A DNA stretch of 63,282 nt, filler included, from Globobulimina sp. (lineage: Eukaryota), in the NCBI GenBank assembly GCA_003354225.1. It is 36 parts of 36 records of this genome, joined end to end, with 100 filler letters (N's around TTAATTAATTAA, not from the genome) between each part and the next. Parts side by side here need not be neighbours in the genome. Positions count along the whole stretch, not along the records: positions 56,347 to 58,005 come from PIVH01013490.1; positions 58,106 to 59,764 come from PIVH01013491.1; positions 59,865 to 61,523 come from PIVH01013492.1; positions 61,624 to 63,282 come from PIVH01013493.1; 32 more parts are not named here. One strand, 5' to 3'. Every line of letters begins with the position of its first letter. Position 1 is the first letter of the stretch. The notes below the pieces were generated by a model, which worked only from the letters and a program-made list of their open reading frames with translations, made no database searches and was not told where the DNA came from. Both the position numbers and the translations under genes were made by a program. Positions 57,813-63,282 of the stretch are shown here, piece by piece.

Positions 57813-58974
57813 CGACTTTAAATAACGGACTTTTTCTGTTTCACCGCTCTATTATAATAGATCTAAATAACTGACTAACGTGTTTTTTTTTTTTAAAATG
57901 GCACAAACAGTTTTTCGTTCGTCTATTGGATAGGGGGAGGACCAACCACATTGCTCACAGATGCCTTGCAATCATTTGAATGTTTATCACAGCAGAAACT
58001 GATTGNNNNNNNNNNNNNNNNNNNNNNNNNNNNNNNNNNNNNNNNNNNNTTAATTAATTAANNNNNNNNNNNNNNNNNNNNNNNNNNNNNNNNNNNNNNN
58101 NNNNNAGAATGTAAATATTAATTGTTTATTTTTTGTGGTATCAGCAGTTGGAATGATTTTTCATGTTTTAAGGTGTAACAAAATTAATTCAACAGCAGTT
58201 CAAATGGTCATCTTTTAAAAAATAAGAGTTGTATTTTCTATGTAAAAACGTACCGCATTGCTCTTTGCTTTTGATGCTAGCAATAAAATTCCAGAATTTT
58301 CCGATGATATAAAATTGCTCAGCTAAATATAACAAATCAAATGAATGCAAAATTTAAAATAGATTTGGACAAATTACATGTCATAATATCTGATAAAGCA
58401 AATGAAGAAATATCAGTGGATGAGTAGTAAAGGTATCATATCTTTGTAAAAAACCATAATAAAATAGCATACATTTTTAGATGGGGTGGATCGAAATATT
58501 GCAATCCAATTTAGAATGTTGACCATTTGGGTTGGCTGTGTATAAAACGAATAAATAATAAAATGAATTTGACAAATACAAAAATGGGTTGGTCATCTGC
58601 AGTGTGTTGGACAGCCGAAGTTTGGATTGCAGCCGAAGTTTGGATTGTGAGATGTTTGGGGAAAAAAGAAAGGATGTTAAAGTTTTTGTTGTTTAATTAA
58701 ATGAGTTTACCATCCGTGATCATGGTTTCTTTTCTTTTTTGGGTTTGCTTTGTCACGTTAACCAAAAGTGTCCATATAATTTCAATAAATGCACATATGG
58801 TGGATATTATGGTCCTGATGAATCAAGTACAATCGAGTGGCCTTACAATGTTGATGTTTATTTTTTTGTACCTAAAGGAAAGATATTGCCAAACAGTATG
58901 TGTTCTGTATGAAAAACCGCATGAATTCCAATTTATACGTGTCAATTTATTAATTATTTAAAAAAATAACCCTT

Positions 58975-59764
58975 TTGTTTAAAGAGGAAGCTTTGCAGAT
59001 GAGTCGATTATTTGAACGAGAAAATTTCGCAATTATTGGTGCGATTTCGACTCTGAGTGGTGTCGAAAAAATTGGTAAAGGTAAACGAATGCCAAATTAT
59101 GCTTTTGAATTTGGTGTAGAATTTGCTATATCGTCTGGTATTTATATAGCGGAAGAAGGTGGTCCTCGTATGTTGTACAGATTACCATCAACAACAGAAA
59201 AACATCCGATTAAATTGGTAGACTTTATTGAAGAATATCCTGCATTAAGGAGTACTGCGGCAGAGACAGAGGCGACAGAGGCGACAGAGCCAGAACTAAT
59301 AATTTTATGGAATTCATGCAGAGAATATTTGGGAAATCCAGCAGAGGCAGCGGGGGCAGCTGCTGCAGAGCCAGAGCCATTTTTTAGTGAACCAACATCA
59401 ATGATATTTTATGAAACAAAAGAAGAGGCATTAGTTTATCAGAAAATCGCATTGGAGCAATGTAGCCGGGATTTAAAAAGGGTAATGATGATGATTACTA
59501 TAAGAGTCCCTGAATATTGCGACGAAATAGAAGCACTCAGATCACAAATTACAGCGGACTTAACACCACCAAAACAAGCTAAACTCCGCCGTCATATCAA
59601 ACGGGCTTTGCGTGAATTGAAGTCTTTCTTGGATCTTCATGAAGCTGCGGAGAGCGCTCGATCCGATGTATGGGAGTGTAGGGGATATTTATATATTGGA
59701 CGGCTAAGATTGGATGAAATGCGGTCATACACAGAAGCAAGCACCAGAGAATTCGGGAAAAAAA
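58975..59764 (+). CDS. Hypothetical protein with A/E/T repeats, partial
   Basis: Open frame to contig end; short gcagag/gcgacagag repeats. Confidence 0.45.
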
Positions 59765-59870
59765 NNNNNNNNNNNNNNNNNNNNNNNNNNNNNNNNNNNN
59801 NNNNNNNNTTAATTAATTAANNNNNNNNNNNNNNNNNNNNNNNNNNNNNNNNNNNNNNNNNNNNTTCAAA

Positions 59871-60976
59871 ATGATTAATTTAATATTAGCCATTGTAGCA
59901 TTATTATCAGTCAAAGTAAACGGAGAAACAAGAACGTGCAATGCAAACGGTGGAACATGTTCTTGTGGAGGCTCAGTTTATGCCGGCACGACCTGCACAT
60001 TAAATTGTCTCACAGTGGATATTTGTAAAGATTCAACATTAACATGCCGAGCGGGCGATCCTTGTGAAATAGGTTTAGTACTCTCTTATGATTGCCCAAC
60101 CCACAAACATGCGGAATCACATATACCCGCTTCAAAGTCTGTGGTGCCACGACGGCGTGTGCTGGAAATACAGTAATTGACGCATCCGGCGCTACCGACG
60201 TAACTATAACGTGTAGCGGTGTAGATTCGTGTAAAGGTAGCAATGTAGACATAACTTGTGGCACTGGAACGTGTGCTCTTGAATGTTTAACAGATACGAG
60301 TTGTGAAGATGCAGTCGTCGATGCAGGAGATGCGGAGCTATTAACCTGTATAGAGCCAGATTTTTGTGATCGGGCTGTTATTCCATCCTACGTTCCTCCG
60401 CTAACTACCACAACTCCAACCACGACAACCGCAGAAACTTCAATCACAGCAGCTTCAAACACAGCGACTTCAACAGCTGCAATCACAGCAACTGCAATCA
60501 CAGCAACTTCAATCACAGCAACTTCGAATGCCACAACCTTGATTTTTTCCCAGGAGGAGTGTGATGCATTAATTGCCGAGCATTTGAGTGTCAGTATGAG
60601 TGAGAGTGTCAGTGACAGTCCAAGTGACAGTGCCAGTGTTGATAACAGCATTAGTCTTAGTTTCGATTCTGCCGAATTTACCGATGACTCAACGTTAGCG
60701 ATGATACAGCAGTTTTTGGACTTTTGTGGATTGGAAGTTTGGTGTTTATAAATAACTTCATTCGTTTTGCTTTTGTGTACTTGTGTTTTTGTGCAGTGCG
60801 AGATGGAATATGTTGGCTTAGTTTCTGGAGTCGACATTGGATCGTTAGAAGTTGTTACCTGTGATTGTGATTTAGTTGAATGTAAATCAGCGGTTCAATT
60901 TGGAGCTGCGCAGCGATTTGCGTCCGGAAGAATTATTGGATTTGTGCTTATATTGATGTTATTTGTATTAAATTAA
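59871..60976 (+). CDS. Cys-rich surface protein with T/A mucin-like stalk and probable GPI signal (introns 60073-60137, 60737-60796)
   Basis: Signal peptide, C-x5-C beta repeats, T/A-rich linker, S/D tract, terminal hydrophobic segment; both introns keep frame. Confidence 0.8.
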
Positions 60977-61142
60977 GCTAACTTTTAAAACAACCACGCA
61001 TATTAAAAATAAATATTTAAAGTAGTGTGTACGTGTTTTATTTTTTTGTTTTTGAAAAATACATGTTTGTGTCCTTTGTGCTTTGTTTTTAACTCGGAAT
61101 ATTTTAAGATATTCAATTAATTTTTTGTCCTCCATTTTCCTT

Positions 61143-61185
<43 letters not shown>

Positions 61186-61623
61186 CTCTTTCGACCAAAA
61201 AAATGAATATTTATCAAAAAAAAAAATGGTTATGTTTTATGTTCTGAATATCTTATCTGAATTAGTATTCTTTTTTTTATGTTTAAATTAATGGCACATT
61301 GTAACATATTTATTTTTTTCATGTTTTGTGGTTTAAATTTGTTTCACATTCTTCGAGCATGAGGTTTTACTTTTTTTTGTGTATTTTGTGCTTTTTAGAA
61401 TGTGTACGTTATGTTGTTGTTTTTTTATATATTAACGTTTTTTTAGAAAAATGTTTGTTATTAAATTTATTATAATTGTCTTTTCAAATATAGTTTGGAA
61501 CACGTTCGGTGTGTAAAGCCCTTNNNNNNNNNNNNNNNNNNNNNNNNNNNNNNNNNNNNNNNNNNNNTTAATTAATTAANNNNNNNNNNNNNNNNNNNNN
61601 NNNNNNNNNNNNNNNNNNNNNNN

Positions 61624-62516
61624 ATTATATATTATATGAAAATAATGTAAGCATTGCCTATAAAGTAGAGCGAGTATTTAGTGATGGAGTATGCGAGAAA
61701 GGTATAAAATATATTGTATTAGGTTTATGTGACAGTTTTATAAGTGGCAAATGCAGCGAACATGATTTAAATGGCTTGATAAATGGTTTTGAATTAATTG
61801 GCGCAAATCGAAGGGTTTTAGGCTCAGAATCAGAATCAGATTCAGATTCAGCTTCGTTTGATGGAGATGGTTATCGAATGGTTTGGGGTTCAAATTCTGA
61901 TAATAAAATGACAGGAATACGGATTAATATTGGCGTGGATAAAGAATTAGAATTCAGATTAAATCTTGCAAACGTTTTTGAAGATTCTAATCAAGAGTTA
62001 ATATTTTCAAATATGGCGCGATTTTTACGAGGTAAAGACGGATTTAATTGCAATGGAATACATGTACAAGGACTGCCATGTTTGGATGAAAACAAGTTTG
62101 TAGTTGGTGGCTACGGCGAGCGTGGATATAATAAGAAAACGAAGAAATTCGATATTGATATAAATGGAGGGCAAGATGCAGACTATGAAAGTGCAGTAGT
62201 TATTGGTCAATCGTCAGATGCAAATAGCGATTGGGGTATATTAAGTCAGTTAGATCCGTATATTCGATATTCATTAATCAGTATATTTGTTGTTGCCATG
62301 TTGTTAATGTGTATTTGCGCTCTGTATTTATGTAACAATCGTAAAAAATATGCTAACCATAAAAGGAAACATGAAATAATAAATAATAATAATAACAGAT
62401 TAGGAATAGATGAAATAATTATGGATGGAGCAAATGTGAATGTCATGGCATTATCGCCCAATATTAATGTGGATGAGATGGAGATTCATTCACTTGTTAG
62501 ATTTACAAGAAATTGA
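61624..62516 (+). CDS. Type I membrane protein, C-terminal part
   Basis: Extracellular region with SESESDSDS, one TM helix and a basic cytosolic tail. Confidence 0.65.
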
Positions 62517-62811
62517 GAATTGATTTGTTGTTTTTCATTATTTTATTTGTATTTTTCTTTTTTTCCCGTTTTTTTCATTCCTTATTTTTTTCTTAGTTTA
62601 GTTTAGTTTTCATTTTTTTTATGTTAAATAATGATATTTTGCAGCATATTCATTAGGAATTTATTAGAAATAAATATGGTGATTATGAAGGCAAAAATGG
62701 AAGCTATTATGCAAATATCTAAAAATATCGATTAATTCTAAATTTAGCATTTTTGCGCATTGTAAAAACACATTTTTTTGAAGAAAAACACATTGAAAAG
62801 AACAGAATCCG

Positions 62812-63282
62812 ATGTCATTGTCAGACAGCGACAGTGCCGAACATCATTTGAAAAAACCTTTGCTTGAACACAATGTCGAACATCAAATTATTCCAGATGT
62901 TGAAGGAGAAAAATCAGAAAAAATACATGCAGAAAGTACAGATGAAAAGAAAGAAGGACAAATAATCCAAGCATCAGTCTTGAAAAACGAAGTAAAAGAA
63001 TTTTTAAGCTTAGTTTTTCCAATCACCGTTGCAACCATATCACGGACGGCAATGAATAACATCGATGGGGCATTTTTAGGACATTTAGGCTCGGAACAAT
63101 TGGCGGGTTCTTCTCTCGCTTCATTATGTTCTGGTTTTGTGACCACATTTTTATACGCTCCCGCTTATGGCTTAAATTCACTGTGTTCGCAAGCAATCGG
63201 TGCTGGCAACAGCAAATTAGCTGGCAACTGGCTGCAACTTTCACTCTGTGTCTCCGCGGTTATGTTGATACCGTCAGTGGCA
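62812..63282 (+). CDS. MATE-family transporter, N-terminal part (absent from ORF track)
   Basis: My translation EVKEFLSLVFPI..IDGAFLGHLGSEQLAGSSLA..GLNSLCSQAIGAGN matches the eukaryotic MATE motifs; N-terminal KPLL dileucine-like signal. Confidence 0.9.
   Translation, partial: MSLSDSDSAEHHLKKPLLEHNVEHQIIPDVEGEKSEKIHAESTDEKKEGQIIQASVLKNEVKEFLSLVFPITVATISRTAMNNIDGAFLGHLGSEQLAGSSLASLCSGFVTTFLYAPAYGLNSLCSQAIGAGNSKLAGNWLQLSLCVSAVMLIPSVA

Noticed and set aside
60388-60837. Opposite-strand and nested ORFs such as 60388-60837, 23709-24005, 36301-36648 and 62883-63244
   Set aside because: Shadows of low-complexity or recognisable genes on the other strand or frame.
1663-61623. Regularly spaced identical TTAATTAATTAA repeat suggesting a giant array
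   Set aside because: Embedded in N runs between length-sorted contigs; an artificial all-frame-stop linker. ORFs ending in XXX-LIN/N are linker artefacts.

Overview
This is not a continuous locus. It is 36 unlinked short contigs sorted by length (7x1662, 13x1661, 11x1660, 5x1659 nt), joined by 35 artificial 100-nt linkers (N44-TTAATTAATTAA-N44), so no adjacency across a linker is meaningful. Most of the DNA is AT-rich eukaryotic nuclear sequence with short GT-AG introns (about 40-70 nt), the standard code and very short intergenic gaps. The gene-family mix suggests a foraminiferan or other rhizarian protist (inference). Recognisable genes include DPH7, glucosidase II alpha, phospholipase B-like, a Rab GTPase, a CAMK-group kinase, an MRH-domain lectin, CLPTM1L-like, a MATE transporter, a sulfotransferase, an AlkK/DmdB-type acyl-CoA ligase and several 7TM proteins. 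At least three contigs are eukaryote/bacterium chimeras, as expected from whole-genome amplification of a single cell with its microbiota. The most notable observations are: (i) two paralogues of an apparently expanded ADP-ribosyltransferase-like family with a changed first catalytic residue; (ii) a G-alpha-like domain fused to a WWE-like domain; (iii) a self-contained bacterial promoter/operator/structured-RNA/terminator cassette with a convergent SymR-like antisense RNA; (iv) two non-canonical tRNA-like elements with UUCA in the anticodon loop; (v) a Helentron/HINE-like element carrying a 42-bp tandem array; (vi) a FRAS1/FREM2 C-terminal-like domain in a protist. All family calls come from reading motifs by eye; no searches were run.
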